Shown: in pieces, positions 30,762-41,007 of the stretch
How the letters are laid out: each line of letters opens with the position of its first letter
Position numbering within the stretch: position 1 is the stretch's first letter
From: Promethearchaeia archaeon
GTDB taxonomy: Archaea > Asgardarchaeota > Lokiarchaeia > Sigyniarchaeales > SOKP01
Direction: 5' to 3'
Assembly (NCBI GenBank): GCA_029856125.1
Contig: JAHQWJ010000120.1
Span: 192,001-256,000 of the forward strand
Length of the DNA: 64,000 nucleotides
Made by a program: the position numbers and the translations under genes
Notes under the pieces: model-generated
Database searches by the model: none
What the model saw: the letters and a program-made list of their open reading frames with translations, nothing else
Told to the model about the DNA's origin: nothing

Positions 30762-31898
30762 ATGACAAAAGCTATTATACTATCGGGAGGATACGGAACC
30801 CGCTTACGACCATTATCGTGTAATGTACCAAAATCTTTAATGCCAATCGTCAATAAACCTGTTATGGAGCGGCAGATTCTTCTTTTAAAATCCGCGGGTG
30901 TTAAAGAAATCGTTCTGGCTGTAAGTGTGATGGGTGATATTGTTAAAAACTATTTTAAAGATGGTTCCCATCTAGGAGTTAGAATACATTATACGGAAGA
31001 AAAACATCCTTTGGGAACTGCGGGAGCGATTAAAATAGCTGAGCCTTATTTGAGAGATGAAAATTTCTTCATGCTAAATGGGGATGTGATCTTCAACTGT
31101 GATCTAAATAAAATGCTGCAATTTCATACAACTAAAAAAGGTATTGGAACTATAGCTGGAAAGGTTGTTGACGATCCTTCTCGATATGGTGTGTTAATAG
31201 AAAATGAGGATACTCACCAGTTATTGGAATTCCTAGAAAAAGACGAATATTTTCCTTCAAACGGGAAAATTGTCCCCATGCCTATTAATGCCGGAGTCTA
31301 TCTATTAGAACCAGAAATTTTTACTTATATTGAACCACATAAAAAAGTATCAATAGAAAAACAAGTGTTTCCTATTGCAGTAAAAAAGGAACAACTTTAT
31401 CATTACCAAATAAGTGGTGTATGGAAAGATATTGGAAAGCCGTACGATTTACTTGAAGGAAATATAATACTAATGGTGGATATAATGAAAAATTTAAAAG
31501 GCGATGTTAAAAATTTAATAGATCATTCTGCTGACATCCACCCTAGCTCAAAAATTTATTCGCCGTGTACCATAGGTGAAAATGTTGTAATTCGAGGGAA
31601 TAGTACAATTGGTCCAAATGTAATAATAGGAGATAATGTATTTATTGATAATAATGTCGAACTCAGGGAATGCGTAATCTATAACGAATCATACATATCA
31701 AGCAATGTTAAGATCGAAAAGGCCATTATCGCTGATAATTGTCATATTCAAGAAAATGTAACACTAAAGGGAAATAATGAGAACCTCGTAATTTTAGCCT
31801 CATATGTAGAAGTGTTAAAAAATCTCGAAATTTTAGCGCCTAAAACAATTTCGCTAACAGTGTGTCACCACGAAGTTTTGAAGGAAAATATGAAATAA
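30762..31898 (+). CDS. NDP-sugar pyrophosphorylase (mannose-1-phosphate guanylyltransferase-like)
   Basis: LSGGYGTRLRPL..PK, PLGTAG, NGD and WKDIG motifs; C-terminal hexapeptide repeats. Confidence 0.9.
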   Translation: MTKAIILSGGYGTRLRPLSCNVPKSLMPIVNKPVMERQILLLKSAGVKEIVLAVSVMGDIVKNYFKDGSHLGVRIHYTEEKHPLGTAGAIKIAEPYLRDENFFMLNGDVIFNCDLNKMLQFHTTKKGIGTIAGKVVDDPSRYGVLIENEDTHQLLEFLEKDEYFPSNGKIVPMPINAGVYLLEPEIFTYIEPHKKVSIEKQVFPIAVKKEQLYHYQISGVWKDIGKPYDLLEGNIILMVDIMKNLKGDVKNLIDHSADIHPSSKIYSPCTIGENVVIRGNSTIGPNVIIGDNVFIDNNVELRECVIYNESYISSNVKIEKAIIADNCHIQENVTLKGNNENLVILASYVEVLKNLEILAPKTISLTVCHHEVLKENMK

Positions 31899-31901
31899 GT
31901 T

Positions 31902-32705
31902 ATGAAAGACCATCTAACACCAGAGAGTATTTACTCTAAATATGTTGATAAAAAGATAGGAACGAAGCATGCTCTAAAATTATTTGAATCCATTATTAAC
32001 AAGAGCGATGATGAGGAAATCAGAGTAAATGTATTAGATTACATCGGTAAATTAACAGTTGATGACGAATTAGCCTTTAATATTATTGAAAATTGCTTAA
32101 TTTCTGACGAATCGCCGGTGGTTAAATTCGGTGCTGCGAAAACTTTCATCCATTACTTTACTGAACGTGAAATAAAACCGTTACTATGGGCAATTGATAA
32201 TGAAAATTCAATATACTTTCTTAAAAATTTAATCAACTTATTAGAAACTCAAGATTATCCTCAATTTGAACAAATTCGGAAAAGAATTTATAAAAAAATA
32301 ACATCTAAATATAATTTAAATTCATTCGACTCGAAATTCATCCTAGATATTGAGTATCTTGATTACATGAAATTTCAAGCCGACTTTAATAATTTTCTCG
32401 AGAAATTTGAATTATCTGATACAGATAAACATACTTTGCTTAAAGAAAATACTGAAATTGGAAATAAAGGCTTGGGTAGAGTTAAAAAAGCTGAGGGAGG
32501 TTATATAATAAATTTAATTCTCACGGATATTAATGAAATTCCTTCCTCAATCTGTAACTTAAGAAATTTACAGGAATTAGAAATCTCTAATTGCAAAATA
32601 GAAAAATATCCAGAAAAATGTCCAAATCTCTTGTCAATAAAACGGATTAAATTTAAAAATAATACAATAGATAAAGTTCCTAGTTGGATTCGATATAACA
32701 GTTAA
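31902..32705 (+). CDS. HEAT-repeat + leucine-rich-repeat protein
   Basis: N-terminal HEAT-like 'IENCLISDES..V' segment; C-terminal LRR 'IPSSICNLRNLQELEISNC'. Confidence 0.75.
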   Translation: MKDHLTPESIYSKYVDKKIGTKHALKLFESIINKSDDEEIRVNVLDYIGKLTVDDELAFNIIENCLISDESPVVKFGAAKTFIHYFTEREIKPLLWAIDNENSIYFLKNLINLLETQDYPQFEQIRKRIYKKITSKYNLNSFDSKFILDIEYLDYMKFQADFNNFLEKFELSDTDKHTLLKENTEIGNKGLGRVKKAEGGYIINLILTDINEIPSSICNLRNLQELEISNCKIEKYPEKCPNLLSIKRIKFKNNTIDKVPSWIRYNS

Positions 32706-32726
32706 AAATCTTATGGAGCATGTAAA

Positions 32727-33014
32727 ATGGAAGATTTGAAGGAAAAGGGTATAAAAATATATAACGCAATTTTTCAAGGAGAAAAAGATGTCGAAATTGA
32801 CGAGATTCAATACCCTATAAAGAAATTTTCAAGCGGAATTAAATATGTTGATTTATTTGGGTATCGTTTTATAGAACAAAATTACAGAAAAAAATCAGAA
32901 TGGGGGAAAAAAGCTCGAGAAGGACACAAAATCATGTGGATAATTAAAGGGAGAAGATATCTCGTTCAAATAATAGATGGAGAATATACCGAATTAAAGA
33001 GAAAATCAGCGTAA
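32727..33014 (+). CDS. Small hypothetical protein
   Basis: 95-aa ORF with a GGAG RBS, co-oriented with the upstream genes. Confidence 0.7.
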   Translation: MEDLKEKGIKIYNAIFQGEKDVEIDEIQYPIKKFSSGIKYVDLFGYRFIEQNYRKKSEWGKKAREGHKIMWIIKGRRYLVQIIDGEYTELKRKSA

Positions 33015-33036
33015 ACCTTTTTTTATAATTTAATTA

Positions 33037-33636
33037 TTATTTTCCCATTAATTTATTGACAATTAGCTCTAAATAAGACATTCTAACTGATTCTTGCTTT
33101 TTAATCCCAAAACTCTCTAAAAATTGAAAAAGTAGCTCTTTATTTTCATCTATATTCTCATATGATTCTGTTAGTAATTCTACTTCAACAAAATGTTGTT
33201 CTAAAATAGGAATATAATCGATTAAAGCTTCTATTCTAGTATTCTTAAATTTGAAATCATATAGTTCTCTTTCTTTAACGACAGTAAATACATCTCGAAA
33301 TCCTAATTGCTTGAGAAGATTTTTCATGTCCTCAATTTCATTAATTTTTACTTCGATTTCTTCTCTTGTTTTGGTTGTTTTATCAATTTTTTTTCCTTTA
33401 TAAGTAATAAAATAATTGACTTTTTGAGTCATCTCCTTATCAATCCTGTCAAATTCAATAGACTTTCTTAATCTTAATGCTTCATCAGTCTGCTTAAAAT
33501 CCCTTAAACCCTTTGGCATGTTAAAATAAGTATCTTCATGATGTAACGAAAGTTTGTATACTCCATTAAAATCTTCAAACTTTTTCCTAATAAGATTTGG
33601 ATCGGAGATTTTTACTTTAATCTCAACTTCAATCAT
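33037..33636 (-). CDS. cyaB: CYTH-domain protein (class IV adenylate cyclase-like)
   Basis: EVEIK, DTYF, ALRLR, TYKG, REEIE, FVEVE and SYLEL motifs. Confidence 0.9.
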   Translation of the reverse strand: MIEVEIKVKISDPNLIRKKFEDFNGVYKLSLHHEDTYFNMPKGLRDFKQTDEALRLRKSIEFDRIDKEMTQKVNYFITYKGKKIDKTTKTREEIEVKINEIEDMKNLLKQLGFRDVFTVVKERELYDFKFKNTRIEALIDYIPILEQHFVEVELLTESYENIDENKELLFQFLESFGIKKQESVRMSYLELIVNKLMGK

Positions 33637-33721
33637 AATGCTAATCTTTTTTTGATTAATAACAAATATATAAAATTAATTTTTATTAAGTAATAATAGT
33701 TTCACGTAGAGTTGATTTTTT

Positions 33722-34687
33722 ATATCTCTGAATTCTAAATCTATTCGAAAACTCGCAGAACAATATGGTTATCTACCTTATATGATTGAAAGATATTTTC
33801 AATTTTTAGGAGAAGATCAAACTATACAATTATTAGAGGCAAATGAAAAGCCATTAACACCTTCAATAAGAGTTAACACGCTTAAAATTGACAAAGATAC
33901 TTTAAAAAATAGACTGGAAAGCAAAGGATTCAAGTTAGAATCGATTGATTGGATACATTACGGTTTAAAAATTAAAAAATCTCCTTTAAATTTAGGATCA
34001 ACTCACGAATACCTTCAAGGATTTTATTATATACAGAGTGTTGCTCCAATGTTACCCGCTTTCATTCTCGACCCAAATCCAAGTGATATTGTGATTGACA
34101 TGTGCGCAGCTCCAGGTGGAAAAGCAACACATATGGCACAAATTATGAACAACGAGGGAAATTTAATATTAATAGAAAGAAATAGAAATAGGATACCTGC
34201 TTTAGAGATCAATCTTCGAAGATTGGGGGTTTCCAATTCAATTATCATAAATGAGGATGCTGTGAATCTGTCAAAAATGAATTTGAAGGCAGATAAGATT
34301 TTATTAGACGCACCGTGCACGGGGGAGGGCCTGATCAGGCAAGATTCTAGTAGAAAAAGGAGTAAAACCATGAAAGATATCAATAAATTAAGTAGTATTC
34401 AAAGAAAATTACTGAAAACTGGTTTAAATTCCTTAAATCCAGGAGGACAACTATTATACAGTACCTGTTCGATCGCGCCAGAAGAAAACGAATTAGTTAT
34501 AGATGATGTGTTAAAAGATAATTCAGACTTCGCCATTGTTAAGATACCCGGTAATTACGGCGTAAAGGGAATCGTAGATGTCTACAATAAAACGCTCAGA
34601 GAAGATATAAAATATTCTCAGAGATTATATCCTCACTTACATAATACAATTGGTTTTTTCGTATGTTTAATACAGCGGAATATATGA
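33722..34687 (+). CDS. NOL1/NOP2/RsmB RNA m5C methyltransferase (probable non-ATG start at 33722 or 33728)
   Basis: IRVNTLK, DMCAAPGGK, LLDAPCTG, YSTCS..PEENE and GFF motifs. The in-frame upstream LAEQYGYLPY precedes the first ATG at 33782. Confidence 0.9.
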   Translation: MSLNSKSIRKLAEQYGYLPYMIERYFQFLGEDQTIQLLEANEKPLTPSIRVNTLKIDKDTLKNRLESKGFKLESIDWIHYGLKIKKSPLNLGSTHEYLQGFYYIQSVAPMLPAFILDPNPSDIVIDMCAAPGGKATHMAQIMNNEGNLILIERNRNRIPALEINLRRLGVSNSIIINEDAVNLSKMNLKADKILLDAPCTGEGLIRQDSSRKRSKTMKDINKLSSIQRKLLKTGLNSLNPGGQLLYSTCSIAPEENELVIDDVLKDNSDFAIVKIPGNYGVKGIVDVYNKTLREDIKYSQRLYPHLHNTIGFFVCLIQRNI

Positions 34688-35029
34688 TATAAAAATAAAA
34701 AATTTTGTAGAAATTTGGTCCTAATTTGTTTATATATAACTATTTCTTAATAGTCATGAATTAATTCTTTTTTACGATAGGTAAGAGAATTGGGTGGAAT
34801 CCAGTGTTTTCTTCAATAAAAGATTTAATTCAAATTTTTCTTTCAACAGAATGTCATTTGATAAGAAATGATGCTTCAAAGTGAAATAGCTTTTTATTTG
34901 TCAAGGTTCTATCTTTATACTAAAATCAATAAATTTGAAAGAGGAAATAGTTTTAGAAAGACAGTTAAGGTTGAAATTTTTAGAGCTTCTTTTGACCCTT
35001 TTTCAAGATTTGTAGAACTATATCTTGAA

Positions 35030-35824
35030 ATGAAACAGGAATCTAAAGGTAAAGTAGATAATAATGAAAAATTTGTAAATTGGACTACGATTGATAAAGA
35101 CTTAGATATTATGAAAGAAAAAATTATTGCGCCCCCCTTAAGTTTAGAAAATCCGAACGTACAGAGCGTTATCGTCATAGCGGAAGATATGATGAATCAG
35201 GGAAAGATCCTCACTATAGAAAGATTGTATAACTTTTCAAAAAAAATTTTAAAAATCCCCCAATCTGGTCTAATTTCAATCATTCATTATTTGATCAACA
35301 GCCACGTATTACTTGAAGGTTCAAAATTTTCAAGAGAAACAGTTCTTATGAATCGTTTGAGGAAAAACATCTTAGAGTATATTCGACTCAATGGATGTGC
35401 TCACTTCTCAATTCTGAGAAGAGAAGTTTTATCAGAGCGAGATGGAAATCCAGGAAGTTCTGGGCAATTAGTTTGGCATTTAGAGATGTTAATGAATTTC
35501 AATTATATAAAAAAAATAAAAGTAGGTAATTTTACAGTGTTTCTTCCCATTGAGATGGAAGTTAAGTTAGGAATAATTAATTTTTTATTAATGGATGAAA
35601 TAAATAGGAAAATTGTAGACTTATTAACAATACAAAATTCAATTAAAAATTCAGATATTTTTAAAATATTAGATGAAAACCGAGGAAAAGTCAATTATAG
35701 ACTAAAAAATTTAATTAATTACGATTTAATTTGCGTTAAAGAAGATCCAAGTAAGGAAGTTTATTTAAATCCAGATAAACAAGAGGATATTATCAATATA
35801 TTAAATAAATTTAAAAAAAATTAA
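35030..35824 (+). CDS. Multi-winged-HTH putative transcription regulator
   Basis: NRLRKNILEYIRLNG.AHFS.L, GQLVWHLEML..F.YI and a second wHTH (V.YRLKNL). Likely start is ATG 35030; the track extends the ORF to 34868. Confidence 0.75.
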   Translation: MKQESKGKVDNNEKFVNWTTIDKDLDIMKEKIIAPPLSLENPNVQSVIVIAEDMMNQGKILTIERLYNFSKKILKIPQSGLISIIHYLINSHVLLEGSKFSRETVLMNRLRKNILEYIRLNGCAHFSILRREVLSERDGNPGSSGQLVWHLEMLMNFNYIKKIKVGNFTVFLPIEMEVKLGIINFLLMDEINRKIVDLLTIQNSIKNSDIFKILDENRGKVNYRLKNLINYDLICVKEDPSKEVYLNPDKQEDIINILNKFKKN

Positions 35825-35853
35825 GAAAAAAGTTAAGTTAAATTTGTGAGAGA

Positions 35854-37164
35854 GTGAAAATGGTATTAAATTGGACACCTGAAGTAATCGTTGAAATTTT
35901 CACAAGCGCAATCATCCTACTAGCTACCCTATTAATGTACATTACACCGAAAACTAAGAATATAAAATCTTTATCCTATATTAGATTTGGTCTCTTTTTT
36001 ATGGGCATGCTCTTTACATTAGACTTGTTGGCTAATCTTTTTTTGAACACATTACTTTCTCGGATTAGTGGGCTTATGCTTTTTCCTAGTGCAGTGTTTT
36101 TTGCGATAGGGATCAATTATACAATTAAGGAAACATCGAATTCACCTTTCTTACTAATAGCAGTTGGCTTAGGTGTTTTATATTGTTTTATTGCATTTCA
36201 ACCTGGAGCTGTAGGATTTGAATTTGTGGGAGGACATTTAAGTGTGAATTGGATTGGATTGTATGAATTGATAGGTTCAATTTTTATATTCTTTGTTGGT
36301 AGTGCATCGTTTTATTGGGGTTTAAAAACTTGGATGAATGCTCCATTTTTGATGAAAAGAGAAGCTCTTATATTTTTTATAGGTACTGTAATAAACGGTC
36401 CATTAACTCTAATTATTTACCTTTTTTATTATTGGAATCCAATTTTTATTCTGTTTGCTTATGCTACTACAGGTTTGGGAAATTTAATTATTTGTTTAGG
36501 AATATCGAAAGAGCCTAAACTTCTTTATATTTTACCATTTACCGTTAATAGGCTTGTTGTAAGAGATCGAGAAGGAAACCTATTATTCGATCACGATTGG
36601 TCTCGTTCTAACTTAAGTGAATCAATTTTTGCTGCATTTCTAAATACTGTGCAACTCATGAGCGAAGAAGTCATAAATATGGGGGGGCTATTGGACATTA
36701 AATTAGAAGAAGGTATTTTAACAGTATATGAATCTGAATTAATCTCGGTTGGTCTAATTGCATCGAAATACTCTAAATTGTTACGAGAGTGTGTTTTACA
36801 ATTTACTCAGGATTTTGAACATAAATTCGAGCGAGAGTTGGAAAAAGGGCTTAAAAATATAACCCAATACGAGGGAGCATTTGAATTGATTGAGAAATAT
36901 TTTTCAAACTTTCCGTCTCATGTTATTTCTAGTAGAAACCAACCTCTACTTTTATCAAGTAAATATATGAAACGAGTAGGGGAATTCGATAACAACCTTA
37001 GAGAAATATTCCCTGATGAGAAAGATTATGAAAATATAAGAAACGAAATACAAAAGTCCCCAATTGGCTTAGTTTCTAACTTCTTTTCTCTCTATGACGA
37101 ACTAAAAGACGAAATTGACAAAATTGAAGATAAAAAAGTTGATCAGCTTGATCTAAAAGACTAA
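35854..37164 (+). CDS. 7-TM membrane protein with C-terminal longin-like domain
   Basis: Seven hydrophobic segments (about aa 10-218), then RLVVRDREGNLLFDHDW...FAAFLNTVQLMSEEV...LIAS....LR..V.QF..DFE.KF. Confidence 0.7.
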   Translation: MKMVLNWTPEVIVEIFTSAIILLATLLMYITPKTKNIKSLSYIRFGLFFMGMLFTLDLLANLFLNTLLSRISGLMLFPSAVFFAIGINYTIKETSNSPFLLIAVGLGVLYCFIAFQPGAVGFEFVGGHLSVNWIGLYELIGSIFIFFVGSASFYWGLKTWMNAPFLMKREALIFFIGTVINGPLTLIIYLFYYWNPIFILFAYATTGLGNLIICLGISKEPKLLYILPFTVNRLVVRDREGNLLFDHDWSRSNLSESIFAAFLNTVQLMSEEVINMGGLLDIKLEEGILTVYESELISVGLIASKYSKLLRECVLQFTQDFEHKFERELEKGLKNITQYEGAFELIEKYFSNFPSHVISSRNQPLLLSSKYMKRVGEFDNNLREIFPDEKDYENIRNEIQKSPIGLVSNFFSLYDELKDEIDKIEDKKVDQLDLKD

Positions 37165-37273
37165 CCTTTCTTTTCTAGCTTATTTATTTGTTTTTTCATC
37201 CAAAAAGTAAGAAAGAAGTCATCATCTGCGTTATTCCTATAATTCTAACTAACCATATTGCATTTATTGATGT

Positions 37274-37846
37274 TCATTGTTTTTTCCTTAGATAATAACC
37301 CTTGTCAATTAAATTTTTTGCTACTAAATCTTCTTGATTTAGTAAGTTGTAATTAGAATAATCGATTTCCGAACGAGCAAGAGCTATCAACTTTCTTGAT
37401 TCATTTAAGACAAGCAGAATTGCTTTTTTTTGTAGGTCTGATGGAATATTAAAGACCATCTTTTTTATTATTGGATTTCCATATAGAATTGCTTTCTCTC
37501 CTTTATTGGTTACAATTAAAATAAATTGATTTGGAATTATATTTTTGTTTAAAAAGAATTCAGCTCCTTCTAAGCTTAAGTGAAAAATTCCTTTCTTAAT
37601 GAAACCAAAATAAATACCTGCTGCATTTATATTCTCGTTTTTTAATTTTTCTTCTAAAAAATTACTAATTTCATATGGAACTAAATAGATTAAAGGGAAT
37701 TTGTTTTTTGTTTGCTCATCGTTAATAAAAATATAGAACCTATAATCTTTTTTCTTAAAATACGATAATACTTCGGAAGAAAATTTTAGAAGGGAATTAT
37801 TAATAATTGATTTTTCAATTTTATTAATTAATCTAAAAGTATTCAA
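37274..37846 (-). CDS. NIP7-like ribosome biogenesis protein (PUA domain)
   Basis: AGIYFG.IK...FHLSLEG, GEKAILYG, C-terminal DKGYYLR. Confidence 0.85.
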   Translation of the reverse strand: MNTFRLINKIEKSIINNSLLKFSSEVLSYFKKKDYRFYIFINDEQTKNKFPLIYLVPYEISNFLEEKLKNENINAAGIYFGFIKKGIFHLSLEGAEFFLNKNIIPNQFILIVTNKGEKAILYGNPIIKKMVFNIPSDLQKKAILLVLNESRKLIALARSEIDYSNYNLLNQEDLVAKNLIDKGYYLRKKQ

Positions 37847-37934
37847 TTCTCTTATTCTCCGTTAAAATAAAAAGAAATAAGTAGTTTTATAATTATTAAT
37901 CAATAAAGTTATTAAAAAATACTGTTGTCGAAAA

Positions 37935-38651
37935 ATGGGCATTCGTAAAATTGAGGACGAAATTGACTTAAGAGAAGCCATGAAGAAAAAGGCAGCTGAG
38001 TTGAAGCTTCAAGACATGGAAGCAAAAGCTGCAACAGAAAACTTTACAAAAGAAAGACTTACAGAATTAGCTAAGACTCATGGAGTCATTTTGGCGTTAA
38101 CTCCCGAATTAAAGAATGAGGTTAAAGCTTTACAAAAGAAGTTTAATATTCCCTCGTCCAAAATAATTACTGAACAGATTACAGAAAACGATGTTTTAAA
38201 GAAATTTTCTAAAATAGATCATGAAAAATTAGGAATGCTTGCTTACCAAAGAATTTTAATGCAGAAAGAAGAAATTGGAGTGGGATTATTGCCCATTTCT
38301 AGAGTGTATGATTTAGTAAATACGGGCATTCTAAATGGAATATTAGATATTAAAGATTTGTTAAAAGCTTTAAAATTGCTCAAGAAAAATCATATTATTG
38401 ACGATTTGCAAGAATTTAATTCAGGTATCGTAATGGTAAGATTTTTTCCAGTTCAATACACTACTGATCAAGTGAAAGTTGTAGGAGTTGCTAAAGATAA
38501 GGGTTTTATTTCTCTTGAAGATGTATGTATTGCCCTAAGCTGGTCTCAAGATCGAGCTTTAGAAACTTTGAAATCATTAGAAGCCACAGGAATGGCGAAG
38601 TTAAGAGAATCTCTCCTAAAGGGAAAGCAATGGTACTTCCCTTCTTTATAA
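37935..38651 (+). CDS. ESCRT-II Vps22/Vps36-like (EAP30) winged-helix protein
   Basis: MGIRKIE N-terminus, tandem WH domains, 'GFISLEDV...LSWS.DRA..TL..LE..G.A...QWYFP'. Adjacent to vps25 and vps4. Confidence 0.8.
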   Translation: MGIRKIEDEIDLREAMKKKAAELKLQDMEAKAATENFTKERLTELAKTHGVILALTPELKNEVKALQKKFNIPSSKIITEQITENDVLKKFSKIDHEKLGMLAYQRILMQKEEIGVGLLPISRVYDLVNTGILNGILDIKDLLKALKLLKKNHIIDDLQEFNSGIVMVRFFPVQYTTDQVKVVGVAKDKGFISLEDVCIALSWSQDRALETLKSLEATGMAKLRESLLKGKQWYFPSL

Positions 38652-38656
38652 ATGAT

Positions 38657-39547
38657 TTATTCTATTTTTATTTTAAATGAAACTTGATCATCCTCTAATC
38701 TAATAATCTCCCCCCTCTTATCTTTCTCTAACATTTTAAAAATTTTAATAATATCATCATTGGGAAGTTTACTAAACGCTTTATTAGATTCTCTAATTTC
38801 AAATATTAATATTGGCTCCAATGGAGAAATCTCCATGGCCCAATCGTATATTTCCTCAGCCCAATTATCTAAGCTCTTCCAATAAACTCTTAGTTTCTCT
38901 TTACTTTTTGATAGCCATTCAGCTTGTTCTTTATTAATTAATTCTTCAGCAATTTCTTCTAAGGCTTGTTTACGGTCTTCAAAATTAGAAAAAGGTTTTT
39001 CAGATTCAGATTGCCGAAGATATAAAATATGAAGTATTGCATACCGTGCGTAATCGAAAAGGACTTTAGACCATTCATTTTTCCAAGATTCATAGTCTTT
39101 CAAGTCAGTTTTTCTATTTGGAATTGAATACATAAATATGTATCTTTTCTCTTCAAGCCACGGGTAATCGTTAAGTAACAATTCATAAGTTGATATTTCT
39201 TGAGTAACAGCTTCTCTCTCTTTTACTATTTCTAGCTCAATTTCGCGAAGTTCTATTTCAATTTGAGCAGCGTTTTGTTCGTAGGTTTTTTGATCGATTT
39301 CTCCTAGCTTTGATGTGAGGATATCTTCGATTTTATTTAACCGTTCATCAATTTCTTCGCTTGGAAGTCCTTCTTGGATCACTTCTGAAGCTATTTTTCC
39401 TGCCTCAACTTCAATTTCTTTTAATTCCTTTTGTTTCTTTAGTTCTTTTAATCGAGCTAATTCCTTCCTTAAACCATCTAATTCTCTTTCAGGTTTTTCT
39501 TCTGTATCCTTAACTGCTTCTTCTGTTTTTTCTTTTTGACGTTCCAT
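38657..39547 (-). CDS. vps25: ESCRT-II Vps25-like protein with long acidic N-terminal coiled coil
   Basis: W..EWSKVL.DYAR...H and AEWL.....VYWKSLDNWAEEIYDWA patterns; immediately downstream of vps4. Confidence 0.82.
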   Translation of the reverse strand: MERQKEKTEEAVKDTEEKPERELDGLRKELARLKELKKQKELKEIEVEAGKIASEVIQEGLPSEEIDERLNKIEDILTSKLGEIDQKTYEQNAAQIEIELREIELEIVKEREAVTQEISTYELLLNDYPWLEEKRYIFMYSIPNRKTDLKDYESWKNEWSKVLFDYARYAILHILYLRQSESEKPFSNFEDRKQALEEIAEELINKEQAEWLSKSKEKLRVYWKSLDNWAEEIYDWAMEISPLEPILIFEIRESNKAFSKLPNDDIIKIFKMLEKDKRGEIIRLEDDQVSFKIKIE

Positions 39548-39568
39548 ATTCTACATCTTTAAATGTTT

Positions 39569-40786
39569 TTAGTATTCTCCGAATTCAATAGCCCATTGCT
39601 CATATTGGCTTAAAGAAGATCCAGTAGTCATAGGCTTTACTTTTTTTAAAGTTTTAGTAAAGTCTTTTAATTCAATATCCCTTATAACAACTTCTTGATC
39701 ATTATTTTCTAGAAGCCCACCCATATCTAGTTCTCTGATTGGAAGCATTATAACTTCACGACATACATTAGAGATGTCTCTTCCAGAATATCCTTCAGAT
39801 CTAACTCCTAACTCAATAAAATCTTCTTCGGGCATCGCCATATTAATACCTGCGGTGTGAATCTTAAATATTCCAACTCTGGCTGTTAGATCTGGAAGAG
39901 GAACATACACTTTTTTTTCAAATCTACTAAGCATGGCTGTGTCAATATCCCAAGGTCGATTCGTTGCCCCTAAAACTAGCAAAGGTTTTTTAGACCCTGA
40001 TTTAACACCTTGAATTTCGGCTAACAGCTGAGTTTTTACCCTCCTTTCTCCACCACCTTCATGACCTTCACCTCTCTTAGTAGCTACAGAGTCAATTTCA
40101 TCCATAAAAATCAGACTAGGGGCTTTTATTCGAGCAACTTTAAAAAGTGAACTGATTAGCTTCTCACTTTCTCCTAACCATTTACTTAATAAATCGGCTG
40201 ATGAGACGCTAAAAAAAGTTGCTTCACATTCTGTTGCTGCTGCTCTGGCTAGCAATGTCTTTCCACATCCTGGAGGTCCAAATAATAGAATCCCTGACCA
40301 TGGTTTTCTTGCTCCTGTGAATAATTCAGGTCTCATAATTGGTAAAACTATAGCTTCTCTTAAGGCTTGTTTACTTCCCTCTAAACCCGCTATGTCTATC
40401 CATTTCACATCAGGCGATTCAGTTAATATAGTCCCCGATATTGAATCAATTATTTCTTGTTCTTCAGCAGAATATAGCCCTTCCTCTTCTTTTGTCTCGC
40501 CTTCTTTTGGTTCACTCGGTTTACCAGAAGATCTTCCTCTCTTAACTCGAGGACCGCTTAAATGGGCTTTAAGTACATTAGCACGATTCAAATATTGTTC
40601 GATTTGATCGTGACATTTTCTAACCATTATCGGATTTTTATTATATTTTACGAATTGTATTAAGATTTCTGCTGCTCTTTGATACTTATTTAGAGCTTGT
40701 CTATAATGCCCCTTTTCGTCCAAATCAACGGCAGCTTGCGCTTCTTGGACGGCATAAAGGTAAAGTTTACTATCAACACTACTCAA
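39569..40786 (-). CDS. vps4: Vps4 AAA+ ATPase with N-terminal MIT domain
   Basis: MIT helices, GPPGCGKT, SKWLGESEK, FMDEID, ATNRPWDID and C-terminal YEQW..EFG. TTG start. Confidence 0.93.
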   Translation of the reverse strand: MSSVDSKLYLYAVQEAQAAVDLDEKGHYRQALNKYQRAAEILIQFVKYNKNPIMVRKCHDQIEQYLNRANVLKAHLSGPRVKRGRSSGKPSEPKEGETKEEEGLYSAEEQEIIDSISGTILTESPDVKWIDIAGLEGSKQALREAIVLPIMRPELFTGARKPWSGILLFGPPGCGKTLLARAAATECEATFFSVSSADLLSKWLGESEKLISSLFKVARIKAPSLIFMDEIDSVATKRGEGHEGGGERRVKTQLLAEIQGVKSGSKKPLLVLGATNRPWDIDTAMLSRFEKKVYVPLPDLTARVGIFKIHTAGINMAMPEEDFIELGVRSEGYSGRDISNVCREVIMLPIRELDMGGLLENNDQEVVIRDIELKDFTKTLKKVKPMTTGSSLSQYEQWAIEFGEY

Positions 40787-41007
40787 CGGCTATAACCTTT
40801 TAAAAGTAATTATTTATCTTATCTATGTTAAAATATTCTTAATATTTATAGGTAAGCTAGTTCAATGTTTATTTTATTAATTAATTCTTCCACATATATC
40901 AAATTTTCTTTTTAAAAAGGTATTGTAAACATTGGTCTACAACAAAAAATTATATAATCTTGAGTTTTCTTATATTATATAAAAATAATAATAATTGATG
41001 AATTAAG

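Noticed and set aside
34868-35029. 54-codon N-terminal extension of the wHTH ORF
   Set aside because: Composition resembles intergenic sequence; ATG 35030 is more plausible, though unproven.
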